DNA of 64,000 bases. Source: Paramecium tetraurelia. Lineage: Eukaryota. The position numbers and the translations under genes were made by a program. The stretch is taken from positions 62,001 through 126,000 of the forward strand of contig CT868596.1 of the NCBI GenBank assembly GCA_000165425.1. The letters are read 5' to 3'. Shown here piece by piece: positions 1-13,493 of this stretch. The first letter of the stretch is position 1. Each line of letters starts with the position of its first letter. Under the pieces are notes generated by a model. It was not told the origin of the DNA, made no database searches, and was given only the letters and a program-made list of their open reading frames with translations.

Positions 1-132
1 AGCGAAAACGCCCAAATTTATCAACACCTTGCTGTTTTATTGTTTGTGTTATTTCCTATCTTCAGGATCATCGCAGATTTGATGGTGCTCAGTGTTTATA
101 TTGAAGTATTCTTCCTCCTCTTCTTCGGACAT
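1..132 (-). CDS. 5' end of a hypothetical protein (runs off the window)
   Basis: ATG at 132-130; code-6 translation MSEEEEEEYFNINTEHHQICDDPEDRKQHKQQNSKVLINLGVFA, open to the window edge. Confidence 0.75.
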
Positions 133-195
133 TTTAATTTATATATATATTGTTTTTAGAGCTATTAAATTACGAAAAGTAAATATAATTAAAAA

Positions 196-1277
196 ATGTC
201 AATATAAAGAGAATGGTAGAAATTTGTGAGGCCACCGAGATATAATTATAGTTACTTTGATCTAGGTAGTTTATTTCTTATTAGCAGGGTTAGGTCCTGA
301 ATGCATTTAACTACCTCAAGGTTACTTACGCAAACATGAGAGGATTATTACTAATCGTTAAAATTGCAAATTAGAAATGTCATTCTTTGAATTGAACCCC
401 AAAACTTCGAATTGCATTGTTTATTGCCATGGTTATAATGGATGTAGAATAGAAGGCATTAAGTACGCTTCAATTGTCGCCTAGTATGGCTTCAATTTTT
501 GTGCATTCGATTTCTAAGCATGTGGTCATTCCGAAGGGGATTTCATTACTTTTGGGTACTATTCCTATAAAATTTAATAGACATCTGGAGAAGGATGACA
601 TCACTTCTATATTGTAGGAATTGGAATTAAATTTCTAGCAGAAGCAATTCATTTTATGGGGAAGATCTTTGGGAGCAACTACCATTCAATTGAAGGAATA
701 ACCGAATGTGAAGGGATTGGTTTTGGATAGTTGTTTCACAAACTTCAATAAATTGGCGATTAGCATAATCCAGAAACAAACTCGATTGCCAAAATTCATC
801 ATCAAGGCTATCATCTTCTTAACCAAAGGGTCGATAGAAGAGGAGGCAGGATTTCAATTGAATGATATCCAAGTGCATTGCAATTCCAACATGCCTACAC
901 TCTACATTTGTAGCGATAAGGATTCACTTATAAAGGCTAAAAATAGTTTGAAATTGTATAAGCAACACAAAGGAATCAAAAAGTTGATCAAAGTGGATGG
1001 GGAACACAATGATTCTCGACCTCTGGAGATCATCCAACAAATTTGTTCATGGTGCAAGGACAGAGTGCAAATGCAATAAAACAATTATATTCAATACAAT
1101 TCAGTCCCTCAAGTGGCTAGATTGCCATTGGAGTTGATTTACGATTCTAATATTTAGAGTGGGATGTAATCTTCGTACAATAGGATTCCCAAGAATCCAG
1201 CTATCAAATTAAAAAATCAAATAAGTATTTAGTTAAGAACAAGCTGTAGAAATTTACACAGCGCAGTCTAATACTGA
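196..1277 (+). CDS. Alpha/beta-fold hydrolase (ABHD/FAM108-like serine hydrolase)
   Basis: Motifs VYCHGYNG, FDFQACGHSEG, nucleophile LWGRSLGA, SDKDSLI, DGEHN. Two short introns (~266, ~557). TGA 1275-1277. Confidence 0.9.
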
Positions 1278-1346
1278 ATTTATATTTATATATATAGATA
1301 TTTAAGTCTTAGAAAATATAATAAATTGGTAATTTCATTATTAAAA

Positions 1347-1630
1347 ATGGAATTTATAAATGAAGGAGTTGAATGGTTTGAAATTCATTCCACAATCTGG
1401 GCAAATGATGTAGCATGTATGTTAAATGGCTAAAATAAGTGTTGAAAGACAATTATATTATGGGCTTTAAGGGAAAGCATAGACGTATAGCTTTGGGCAG
1501 TTCAATTGGGTTATTGATGCTCACTCAATTGGCTTAACGAAATCCTGTAGGAGCTTTACGTGTGGGTGCTTTCGCCTTTCCTGTACTCAGCTATGTGATA
1601 TGTCCTGAGATATACAATTCCTTATTATGA
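1347..1630 (+). CDS. Small membrane protein (~86 aa), possibly MICOS Mic26/Mic27 (ApoO)-like
   Basis: Removing one 23-nt intron (1417-1439) gives MEFINEGVEWF...RIALGSSIGLLMLTQLAQRNPVGALRVGAFAFPVLSYVICPEIYNSLL*, a hydrophobic hairpin. Confidence 0.7.
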
Positions 1631-1651
1631 TATACGTGTAAAATAATTAAA

Positions 1652-4600
1652 ATGTTCGTAAAATTTGAGAGACATTCAGATCGTGTCAAAAGTGTTTCCT
1701 TTCACCCTCATCGTCCCTGGGTTTTGAGTGCACTTCACTCTGGAATCATAGAATTGATCGATTATCGAATTAAGAAAAGAATAGCTACTTACGATGATCA
1801 TAAGGGTGCTGTTCGATCAGTCTAATTTCATCCACAACTCAACTTATTTTGTTCAGGAGGAGATGATTTTACAGTTCGAGTTTGGAATTTTAAATAATGC
1901 CAATTCATATTAAAAGGACACTTGGATTATGTGAGATGCGTGACATTCCATCCAATAAATCCTTGGGTGTTATCAGGTTCCGATGATCAAACAGCAAGAG
2001 TGTGGAATTATTAAAGCAGATAAACCATCGGAATTTTAACAGGACACACGCATTATATCATGGCTTGTCATTTTCATCCTACTTAAGATTTCATTATCAC
2101 ATGTTCATTAGATTAAACTGCAAGACTATGGAATTACGGAGTCCTTAAATAGAGATATGCCCAAAAAAAGAATTAAGAATATGTGCTATCAGGAGCTGAA
2201 GTGCAATTAATTTCAATTTTGGATGCTCACAAAGATCAACTTAATTGGTGTGCCTTTCATTAAACAGAACCTTTTGTTATCACTAGTGCTGATGACAAAA
2301 ACATCAAATTATGGAAGTACAATGACACTAAGGCATGGGAATATGACACTTTATCAGGTCATACGAACAATGTTTGTTGTTCGGAATTCCATCCAAAAGG
2401 CAATGTTATCATATCAGATTCTGAAGATCACACTGTGAGAATATGGGATTTTGCTACTCGTAAACAAATTGGAGTCTATGAGAACAAATACTTCGATCGA
2501 TATTGGATAGTATCATGTCATCAAAACAATTACTACTTTGCATGTGGCTCAGACACAATGTTGTAAGTGTTTACTCTACATAAAGATCGAGTGCCTCTTG
2601 TTCTGGTTAATGACAGATATCTCTGTATAGCTGAATAGAAAACACTGAAGGTAGTCGAATTGATCAGTGGACAATAGCAAATCATCAGAGACATTGCCAC
2701 TGTTATTACTCCTACTCCTACTCTCTTGGAAGATAATATTGAATTTATTGAATACAATACCTACGACACTCAAAAAACATAATTAATGATAAGATGCATC
2801 AGGTCATTCAAGGAACCGTCGAAACCCAAAAGACATTTGCTAATCGTATTTTAGTAATAAAAGGGAGATTCAGGAGTCAAGCAATTCTTTGCTAATTGTG
2901 CATGTTTTATAGGAAAGAATAAAATTGCTAGAATCAATCAAGATTAATAGGTTGAATCATACAATTATGAAACAGATGCTGTCCAATTAATTGATGATAA
3001 ACCTGCATCTAAAGTATTCCATGCTCCTGGTGGCAAAATATTAATTCAAAGAATTGGAACTACGCCTCAATTAGAACTATTTGATCCCATGACCAAATAA
3101 GTATTACACTCAGTTGACTACTTAAATGCTAAATATGTCTTATATGTGGAATCCTACCTGATTGTATCGACCAAATTGTTTCTATCTATCTTTTCAAAAC
3201 AATTACAAAAACTTATTGAAATTAAGGAATAAATCAACATCAAATCCTTCATTTGGTTTAACAATATAATAATCTATACAACAAAAAGTCAAATTAAGTA
3301 TTTTTTATTGAATGGAGACACTGGAGTCCTAAAATCAACTGAAAATATTCTATACTTGGCTAAGGCTGAAGAATAATAGCAAAACAAACTCAAGTTGATT
3401 GCATTTGATAACACAGGCAAATATATTTCAGAAATTCTTGATATTTCAGAACCTTTGTTTAAAATAGCAATTATGAACAAGGATTTGAATTCCATACACA
3501 AGTTTATTGAGAATAATCAAAATGAAGCTATGCTGTCATACTTGTATTAAAAAAAACTTGCTTCTATGGCCTTAAAATTAGTTAAAGATAAACATGGTAA
3601 TTGAATTTGTATTAACTTTTAGCTAAATTTTCACTTTCCCTTGATTGTGGCAATTTGGAATATGCATATAAAGTTGCACAAGTAATTAAAGATCCACAAT
3701 ATTTTGAATAACTAAGAACTGAAGCTTTAAGACAAGGTAATCATTTGTTAGTGGATGTTTGTGATCAATAACTAAGTTAGTTTGATAGATTGTTTTTTTT
3801 ATGTTTATGCACTGGCAACACTGAGAAGCAAGAGAAATTACAAAACATAAGCCCCAATTTTATCTATGAATCCTAAAAATACAAGAAAATTGCAATTAAG
3901 AACTCTTTGCCCAAATTATCACAAATCATGGATCACATCGATGGAACTCCCCAAAAATTAGATGATGGTTAAAAGGAAACAATAGAATGGATTAAATCCT
4001 TAGGAGGTAGCTAAGCTTTGGTTCCTCCAATTCCCATTATGAAATTCAAGAGTGATCCATGGCCACTTGTCTAATTGAATGAATAAGACATTATCAATCT
4101 TGAAGTGACCAATGAAACTGTTGTACAATAAGATATTTTCACATTATAAAAATAAGTGATAGAAGAGCCTTAAATTGATGAGTAAGTTAATGATGGATAA
4201 TGGGGTTTAGATGAGGAGCCAGAAGAACTGATCATAGAATCTAAAGCTAAAGATCCTGTTAATAAGAACATTGATGAGGAAGCATTAAGAGGAAGATATG
4301 TCAATTAAAAAGGAGACGTGGCCATTAAATACATTGTTGCTGGAGATTATGAAACAGGTATCAAATTACTTAACCAATAAATCAATCTTAATAACAATTA
4401 ACAATTTTTAAAATTGCTAGTCGATTTACCTAATTTTTAGCTTGTGAATTCAACACCATATCTCGCTTTGGCAACTTTGCCAGTGAAAATCAATAGATTT
4501 AATGAAATCAAGAATCTGATTAAATTAGGTATCGTTTTCATCTGCAAACTTAGGTTACAAATATACAACAGATGCCAAATTTAATGAAGTAAGCACCTGC

Positions 4601-5183
4601 TTCTAATCAGTACTATAAAAAATCCTATTAACAGATTTTGAAGAGAATCAAATCGAAGACATAAAACGATACATTAGCATCTGTAGAAGTTATTTACTAG
4701 CTATGAGATGTGACTCGCTTAAAAAGGAGAGTAATGCCTTAGAAATGGCTTGCAAAATGGCAACAATTGATTTATAGCCTGGTCACAGAATATTGACACT
4801 AAGACAAGCTTTGAGCATCAGTTACAAATAAAAGAATTTTATTACTTGCTAATAAATAGCTAAGAAATTGATTGAGTTACTAAAAAGTGACAACACTCAG
4901 AAACCTGAGGTGTTACAAAATGCATAGAAGGTATTTCAATAGAATCTATGGTATTTAGTATGAAAAAGCATCTCAACAATAAAATTCAAATGCGGTTTAG
5001 ATAGAGTTTTAAGAATAATGGTTGAATCAATAACCAATGTACTCAGCAAACACGCTTAAAAACATTTCAACATTCAAATCTTGTCCATATGATGGAAGTG
5101 TTTATGAAACTGATTACTAACAGACATGTTTGATTTGTGGGTTATGTCGAGTTGGTAATGCACCTGGACTTAAGTATTAATGA
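1652..5183 (+). CDS. COPA: Coatomer subunit alpha (alpha-COP)
   Basis: N-terminus [33 protein letters not shown]40 repeats ([25 protein letters not shown]), EALRQGN solenoid, C-terminal CPYDG...[10 protein letters not shown]. 3 short introns. Confidence 0.95.
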
Positions 5184-5232
5184 AAAAAATATATTTTATT
5201 TGAGGATATTTATTTAACATAAAAATTATAAA

Positions 5233-6119
5233 ATGGGAGCAGCTTTGCGATCATTTTTTGTTCCAGTTCCTCATCAAACAGTCTGTGTGTTGTAGAGGTT
5301 TGGGAAATACACAAGAACTCTGACTCCAGGTTTGAATTGGAAAATCCCCTTCGTTGAAGAGATTGCTTATGAACATTCGCTTAAAGTAGAATGATACTTA
5401 TCCTAGGAATAAGCCTTCATGATTTATGCATAAAATGCAGTCACAAAAGATAACGTGATCATATAGATAGATGGCGTGTTGTATATTTAAGTTGATGATC
5501 CAGTTAAATGTTCGTATGGAGCCTAAAAACCGATTGATTATGCTCAAGTAGATTTTGTGCTTAATCCCCCTAGATTCTTGCTCAATCAGTTATGAGAGCT
5601 GAGATAGGTAAACTCACTCTGGATTAGACCTTTGAGGAGAGAGAGAAAATGAATGCTCTGATTTTGGCTGGACTCTCAGAAGCTGTCCAAGAGTGGGGTT
5701 TGAAGTGTTTGCGTTATGAAATTAAGGATATCAAAGTCACAGAGAATATCAGAAAGGCAATGAACATGGAGGCAGAGGCTGAGAGAACCAAAAGGACAGA
5801 GATTTTGCATTCTGAAGCCAAACAGCAATCTTAAATTAACTTGGCTGAAGGATAGAGATTGTCAAAGATTTTAAAGGCAGAAGGATTGGCTGAGTCTATT
5901 GTTATTAGATCAACTGCTACTGTCTAGAGAATTGAAGCCATTTCTAGTGCTATGAATAGTGAAGAAGGGGATTTGGCTGCCAGGTTCAATTTGGCAGAGG
6001 AGTATTTGGATGCTTTCAAGAAACTTGAAGGAAAGTAGGTTCTAGTAAATAGTGATGTTAACAATCCTAAAGAGGTAATCAAAAAGGCTTTGGATATGGT
6101 TGATGCCCGTTTAAAGTGA
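5233..6119 (+). CDS. STOML2: Stomatin-like SPFH/band-7 protein (SLP-2 type)
   Basis: VLQRFGKYTRTLTPGLNWKIPFV, AVTKDNV, MRAEIGKLTLDQTFEEREKMN, WGLKCLRYEIKDI, EAERTKR. Two introns. Confidence 0.9.
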
Positions 6120-6163
6120 GAATTTATATGAACATTGAATATCAAAATAATTTTAATAATTCC

Positions 6164-8190
6164 ATGCTAAAAAATATTAATTTGTCATTGAGCTAAATTG
6201 AGGAGTTGACAAAGGACGAATAGAAGGATCAATCAACTAAGGTCAAAGTCGAAAAAAAGATTGAAAAAAGATTGGGATCAACAAACAAAGATGAATCTGC
6301 AAATGTTTAACTTAAAATCGATAAGAGAATAGGCTCAGCCAAACCCAAGGATTCACTTTAGTAATATACCAATACAAAAATCAAAAATATTTACTAGTTT
6401 TTAGAAAATGTTGAATCTGACTCATCTTAAGTGAGTTAGCAAACTTAATAATAACCAGTAAGAAGCATCGAAGCCATTGAGAAGGAACATGAATACCAAT
6501 CAAAAATTTAATAATTGCATGGGTTAGTCTAAACGCAAAAAATTGAATTGGATGAATAACAGAAAACTATTGATAATTTAAAATAGTTACTTGAAAAATC
6601 ATAAGCAAAATTGAAAGAGTCAGAGTCGAACTTTAAAGAAACCATCAATCGTCGATTAAATGAACAGAAGGCGGAATTAGAGGTTGTAATTAATAGACAT
6701 CTTGGATTCATAGATCAGTTGATCAATGATAAGAAAGAACTTAATAATTAGGTGGAATAGTTGACTACTGAGTTGAAGGGAATCGATAAGCAATAGAAGA
6801 GACAATTGGAAGAATTGAAGAATAATTTTGCCAGAGAAATAAAACAAAAATATGAGTAATGGCAAATACAGGAAAAATAGAAACGAGAAAAATGGGAGAA
6901 AGAGAAGTTGGCTGAATTGAAAGAATAAACAATCAAAGGTTTGGAGCCTGAGTTGAATAGAATGATAGAGAAGAATAAATTAGAAATTAAGAGAATTGAA
7001 GAAAAATGTTAAAAAGAAAAAGAACTCTATAAAATATAAGTAGTTGATGAGTCAGAGATGAAACTTTAATTATTTAAAGAGAAGTGGGCTGCTGAATATG
7101 AGTTGTTGCAATAGAAAGATAGAGAAGCCTAATTAATTAAATAAAAAGAATTATATAGAACATATGAGGATTAGTTTGCTAAAGAAAGAGATTCCTACAA
7201 ACTAAGAATGCAATAGGATATTGAAGATTGTGAAAGAAGAAGAAAAGAAGAAGCAGACACGTATGTGAAGAGGATGAAATAACTTTCAGATTCTCAGGCC
7301 GAAGAGATTAGACGTATAAAGAGTGATTGCCAAAGAGAAATTGATGAGTACAAGGAGAAGTACTTCAATATGGAAAGCGAAGTGAAAGAAGCGTTGAGGG
7401 GTGACCAAGAAGCCTGGAAATAACAATTTACAATAAGGGCAGAGGCGGATATGAATAGATAGATTGAGAAGATTCAAAGGAAGCTTGAATAGGATAGAAA
7501 CGATAAGATTGAAAAGATAGTATAGAAATTGGCTGAAGAGAAATAATAATATGAATAGAATGTCCAATTGAAATACGATAAGAAATTAAGAGACCAATAG
7601 GCAAGCAAGGATGAAGAGATTAAGTAATTGAAGAAGTAAATTAAGGCTTTGGAAGATCGGGAAAATAAGGAAGGTAGTGAATATTAGGTAGTTCAAAAGT
7701 CCAATCAGGATTTGTAAAGGTTGATAGAGAAATAGGAGTAAGAAAACCAGAAACAGTATAAGGAGTACAAAAAGTTGAAAGAGGAAATGCTTGTGTAATA
7801 GATGTTAATATTTTAGATACAAGGAGAAATTAACTTAATTTAAGGAGGAGTAATAGTTGGAAGTCAAGGGAATAAAGGAGTCACATGAAAGAGAAAAGAA
7901 TCGGCTTACTGAATAGAATAATAAGTTATAAGGGGAATTGGCTAATTAAAAATAAATATTGGAGGAAACATGTAAATTGTATGTGAATTCATGTAGTGAG
8001 AGAATTGGATATCAAGCATTCATAAAATTTGGAAGATATAGAAGAAAACGTAAAGAGAATTATTTTGAAGAAGGATCATGAGATCAAATAATTGAAAGAA
8101 GAATTGAGAATGAAGTAATTGGCATGTGAAAAGTATGACGAATTATTGAAGAAATAAAGGTAGGATTTACTAAGATAAGTCGAATAATGA
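6164..8190 (+). CDS. CEP131: Centrosomal protein CEP131/AZI1 homolog
   Basis: Coiled coil with RHLGFIDQLINDKKEL and REKWEKEKLAELKEQTIKGLEPEL, matching recalled CEP131 blocks. Two introns near the 3' end. Confidence 0.85.
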
Positions 8191-8264
8191 GATAAATATT
8201 ATATGACTTATGTGACTATATATAATAATTAAATTTAAAATTTTAATGCTTAAAAAATATTACA

Positions 8265-9185
8265 ATGAACAATCCATCTATAATGCAATTCACTCAGAAG
8301 GAATCTGAATTTTGTTGGTTGGTTGGTTTAAAAGCTATCAGTACCAAGTAACCAATGATCACTTTGTGGTTGAAAAGTGAGTAGAGAAAAGTAGATCCAT
8401 CACTATTAAAAAATGAGTTTATGAAGTTATTCTAATCAGGGTTCCTCCATCTTAATAGCATAATAACTGGAGACCGAAATAAGAATTCATAAATTATCAA
8501 AGGAATTTCTGATATCACAGTAATAGCTATAGTAAGAGTAATACGAGAAGATGGAATCAAGGAATTCGAGCAAATGAGAAATGACTTTTAAAAATTAATA
8601 ACTATTATAACATATTTAAGTTTAACAAGATCAGTAATGAGTGATGCAGTGATGAAGTTTTTAAGTAATTAATAAAATGAAAGTCATTAATACCTGGACA
8701 ATTTATTATCAACTTTAGCAAAAATAGAATAAATGAGAAATGCAATGAACACAAATAAATATGATCCTATCAAAGATACATAGTTATATAAGTTGTTATT
8801 TGGGAAAGGTAACATGTATGATCCATTTATATCTAATCAACAAACTATTCCTTAACCCTAATAAATACAATAGAATCCATAGGCTGTCTCACAAAGTCAC
8901 GCAGAAAAATAGACAGCTCAAGTATCCCCTATGAGATAAGCTCTAACACCGATATCTGAATAAAAATAACACTAATAATAGATGAATTAATAAACAATCC
9001 TTCAACAATAACCATTTAAGTAAACCAGGCCATTAGTACAAGTAGAGGATTTTAGTGAAGATTCTGGTGATTCTTCTGTAGATTTGGGGAACAAATATAT
9101 TGTAAATGCTAAACCACAGAAGTAGTAAATAAATGACACTGACAGCGATTCTGAAATTTAGGAGATTCCTAATTTTAAAATTTGA
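8265..9185 (+). CDS. Hypothetical protein (306 aa) with Q-rich and acidic C-terminus
   Basis: Intronless code-6 ORF MNNPSIMQFTQKESEFCWLVGL...EIQEIPNFKI*. Confidence 0.8.
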
Positions 9186-9232
9186 TATTAATACATTCAC
9201 AAAATTATTAACTTAAGAAATCAATAATATAT

Positions 9233-9483
9233 TCAGCATATCTAATCTATTATATTATTTTTAATCAACTGCATTAACAATGGTGTTAAGTAGATTAGAT
9301 CATTTAATTGTTTCCCTTCATAACCGTAATAACAGTTTTATTTCTATTTCTTATTATGTTCTTTTTCTTATCGATAAACTAATTTCATATAATGCAGTAG
9401 TTTCTACATAGAGTTGGAACTATATTGTTTTACAAGTATTCTATTTCTTTTATTTTTTCAATTGTATTATTTTCTAACTACAT
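9233..9483 (-). CDS. Small hypothetical protein (~73 aa) with a Dpy-30-like motif; may be a decaying gene
   Basis: ATG 9483. MQLENNTIEKIKEIEYLQNNIVPTL, then a 29-nt GT..AG intron, then FYRQEKEH...LIYLTPLLMQLIKNNIIDQIC*. Confidence 0.45.
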
Positions 9484-9504
9484 TAAATTAAAAATTTTCA
9501 AAAA

Positions 9505-12097
9505 ATGGAAGACGATGATGATTTCGATCCAAATGCTGAAAAGACTATGTTTAACATAAAATATTCAAGCATCAAAGATATAAGGGAACTCAATAATGGC
9601 TAAATGTTAAGTTTGAGAATTATGCATAGTCCAGATCTTATTTCAATGCAAGTATTTAAATTCTTATAATTTAGGGGATTGAACAATTTAGATAACTGAA
9701 GCAGTTGAATCTATCATAGAATTCCATCTAGGCTATGAGTCTAAGAACGCTAAATCAACTTGAAGTCTTAAATTTGCAATCGAATAGAATCAAAGTAATT
9801 AACTGTGAAGGTTTGAGATCATTAAGGGTTCTTAATTTATCTTATAATTTGATATCTCTATTGGGACCATTATAAATTGTATGAGAATTGAACTTATTCT
9901 AGTTCACACAATAAGGCTATTAATTGAAATCCCTAGATTTAAGAAGTAATAGCATATCTGACTTGAATGAACTTAAGTACCTGCAAGGAACAAATCTATA
10001 GGATGTGTTCTTTAATAGTGATCGAAGAAAGAATCCCATTTGCGAAAACTTAAATCAATATTACAAATAGATAATCAAATATGTACCTTAGATAGTTAAT
10101 GTTGATAATAAACCAAGAAATGAGTTATAAGAAAACGATGGGGATGGTTCAAATAACATTACCTTCAAATTGCCAAAGTAATAACAGGCAAACATTGAGA
10201 AGGAAGCAGAAATGAGAGTCGAAGTCATTTAATTATAGTAGAAAGTGAAGGAGTTATCATAGTAGAATAAGGAGATAATTTACAAATTTGAGTGCAATGA
10301 TAAGTACTGGAGTAGTAAATGCTCGAATTTAGAGAGAGAGATTATTGACTTAAACAAGTTTAATCAAGAGTTGAATTAAGAGAATAAAAGATTTAGAAGA
10401 GAGATAGAGTCTTTGAATGAATAGAACGAGTATGATAAGTAATAATAAAAGGATTTGATTAACAAAAAAGAAAGAAAGGATGAATTGATCACACAATTAC
10501 AAAATAAAATAAGTGAGTTACTCTAATTAAATGGTTAATTAAGCAAGGAGAATTAAATTTTAATTGAATAATAAAACGTTCAAAAAGTAAAAGATTAAGA
10601 AAAGGAATTTAAATTATCTGAGTATAAAATTCAATTGAAGGAAGCAGAAAAACAATTGCAAGAATTTCATAAGAATGCTGTTGAACAAGCAAGCTAAACC
10701 CTTATGAGGTAGGAGTAACTGCAATCAAAGTCTGAATAGATCAATTAGGAGTATGAATATTAAATTACATTAGAAATCGATCATTATACTAGGACAATTC
10801 ATAGTTAAAAAGGAGAATTTAAGAGTTATTAGAAATATGTAGAGAATGGGAAGTTAAGTTTGAAACTTCTTAAAAGGAGAACGAATAACAATTTTAGATT
10901 TAACTGCAATAAATCACACATGAGTACGAATAAAAGCTTTAAGTGTAATAAAGTTAGCATGAATAATAATTGCAGGAATTTGAAACAGAGAGTAAATTGA
11001 TGTAAGACTAGTTAGAGAATGAATTTAGAAATCTATTTCAAGAAAATATGGTATACATATATAAGTGATAATTCAAGGAAAAATTTAAACAATTGAAATT
11101 GTAATATGATGAAAAGTGCAGAATAGAGGTTCAACAGAGTCAAGAGATTAAGATATTGTAGGGCAGACTACTAGAATAAGAGAACTTAATAAAGGAATTG
11201 CAATCTGCTTTAATTCGCTTAAAGAGAGAAGTGCAAGAATTTTGTTAGGAGAAAGATCTGGCTAAAAGAGAACACCAAATTATTCAATCAGGATTGCAAA
11301 GGGATATTAATATTCTTTAAGAATAATTACTGGAGTGTTAGACAAGATTGCAATAATATGATCGGGAATTGAGATTAAAAAATGATGAATTATAGACAAT
11401 AAATTAAGAGAATGATAGACTGAGGGCATAAAATAAATAGAAAATATAGAACGAATAATTAGTAGATGAATTATAGACAAATTTAACAATTAAAAATAAA
11501 ATGTTGGATGATAAAAATGATACTATTGATGAATTAAAACAATAATTAAATTAATTAAGAAATTAGGAGGGGAATGCTTCAGATGACTATTTGAAACTAT
11601 AAAAGAAGTATGATAGATAATCATAGATCATTGATGAATTAGAAAGTTAATTACAACAAATATAGGAGGAATATGATTAAAAGAATAAGGATTTAAAGGA
11701 TAAAAAGTAATTGATTTCCATGTTTGAGAAAGAGATTGAAGAGATTGAAATTAAGTAGGACAGGGAGATCAATGGATTAAAGTTAGAATTGTAAGAAAAG
11801 GAGGGTTAATTATAAGAATTAGTTAAAATGTTGAATAATGCAAAAGAGGAATTAATAAAAAAAGATGAAAAGATCAGAGAACTCTTAGTTTAATATCAAG
11901 CAATAGAGAAACAACTCTTTGTGATAGATAAATAGAATGAAATTACAGTAAAATAGAAGGATAAATAAATAGTTGAAATGAGGTCTTAATTGTAGCAAAT
12001 TCAGGAGGAATTGAATTTGATGATTTAGGAAAATATCTAATTGAAAACTAAAGCCAGGGAGAACTTATAAAATTTGCACAAATTATTTTAATAATGA
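9505..12097 (+). CDS. LRRCC1: Leucine-rich repeat and coiled-coil centrosomal protein (LRRCC1/CLERC-like)
   Basis: N-terminal LRRs (LKQLNLSQNSI, LEVLNLQSNRI, LRVLNLSYNLI, LKSLDLRSNSI), LRR cap NPIC, long coiled coil with LTIKNKMLDDKNDTI. 4 introns. Confidence 0.75.
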
Positions 12098-12129
12098 TAG
12101 TCGTTTTTGATTTTTAATTAAATAAAATA

Positions 12130-13301
12130 ATGAAAAGCGCTATAATTGCTTGTCTTATCCTGAGTGTCTTCAGTGTTGAGATTTCAATCAACAATGTTGC
12201 CACAAACTAAGCACTTGAGAAATTAAAGGAATCTTAATGGGCATCATTCATCGTTGATTTTGCCGAAGTTGAGTTGTCAAGTGGAGGTGCTCTTACAGAA
12301 TTAGTGGAAGCTATTGACCAATTGATTGAGTAATTAGAAGAGGAATTAGATGATATTCATCATGCCTATTCCAAAAGAACAGATGAGCATAATCGTGATG
12401 TGACTAGATTGGAATAAGAGATCTAAGATGCTGACAGAGGTATTGGATTTGCATTTAATTTTCTTAGAAATCTTTAACGGTGAAGATTTCATTGACAACG
12501 TTCTTCTTCCATAAAAAGAGAGATTTTAATCTGCCTTGGTCTAATTGAAGACAAACATTGAAGAAAACAGAAGAGTCCTTGATGGAGAAACTCTCAACAG
12601 AAAGAAATAACACGAATAATTTTTATCCAACATTGCTGAAATCAATGAAGCTATTGGTGCTGTCGATGAATCCCTTGGATTATTGTCTTAAATTACAAAT
12701 CCATCCCTTGTTCAATTCAAGAGAGTCCAAACAAATCTTAATAGAATTTAAACATCCTTCTAAAACCATTCCTCATTTGCACCAATCATTAGAGCACTTC
12801 TTGAATTAGCAACAGAATAAAACTTCGCTGATTAAGGTTCTCTTTAATAAGTAACAATGTTCATTTAATTATAGCTTGTTAAAATCTTCAATGAATTAAG
12901 AGTCTAATTTGTAGATACCCTCAATCAAGAGACAGCTGATGAAAGTGCTGCAGAGACTAAATTTTCTGAAAGAGTTGCTTAATTAGAAAAGGAATTCGCT
13001 GAATTCTAAAGAGCAGTTATGATCAAGAACTCTGAGTTAGCTGCTAACGAATGTATATAAATAAACATTATGCATAGAAAAACTAGGAGAAACCATCGTC
13101 TATGTTGGATAAAGAAAGGATGACAGAGCCACTCTCTAAGCTTAATTACAAGCAGAAAACGATAACTATGCTGCTGAAACCGATTTGTACAATAGAACAG
13201 TTGCTGAATACAATAAAGAAATCGAAATTAGTAAGTAGGCCCTTGGTTTGTTAACTTAACCCAGTTTCGAATAATACGTTAAATCAAAAGTTGGAATCTG
13301 A
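12130..13301 (+). CDS. Trichocyst matrix protein, T1-like
   Basis: Signal peptide [66 protein letters not shown] resemble recalled T1 TMP precursors. 3 introns. Confidence 0.9.
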
Positions 13302-13493
13302 TTAATAATTATATATTCCATTTACAAATTTAATCACTATATTATCCTTGTCTTGATTTTTGTCCCCTTTTCAAAGAAGGATTAAAGTTAAATTATATTT
13401 ATTAGAAATATTTGAAGTAATTTCTTAAGCAGAGATAACTGAATTATACATCACACTAATAATAATAATTTTTATATTTGTCTTTGTAACTTA

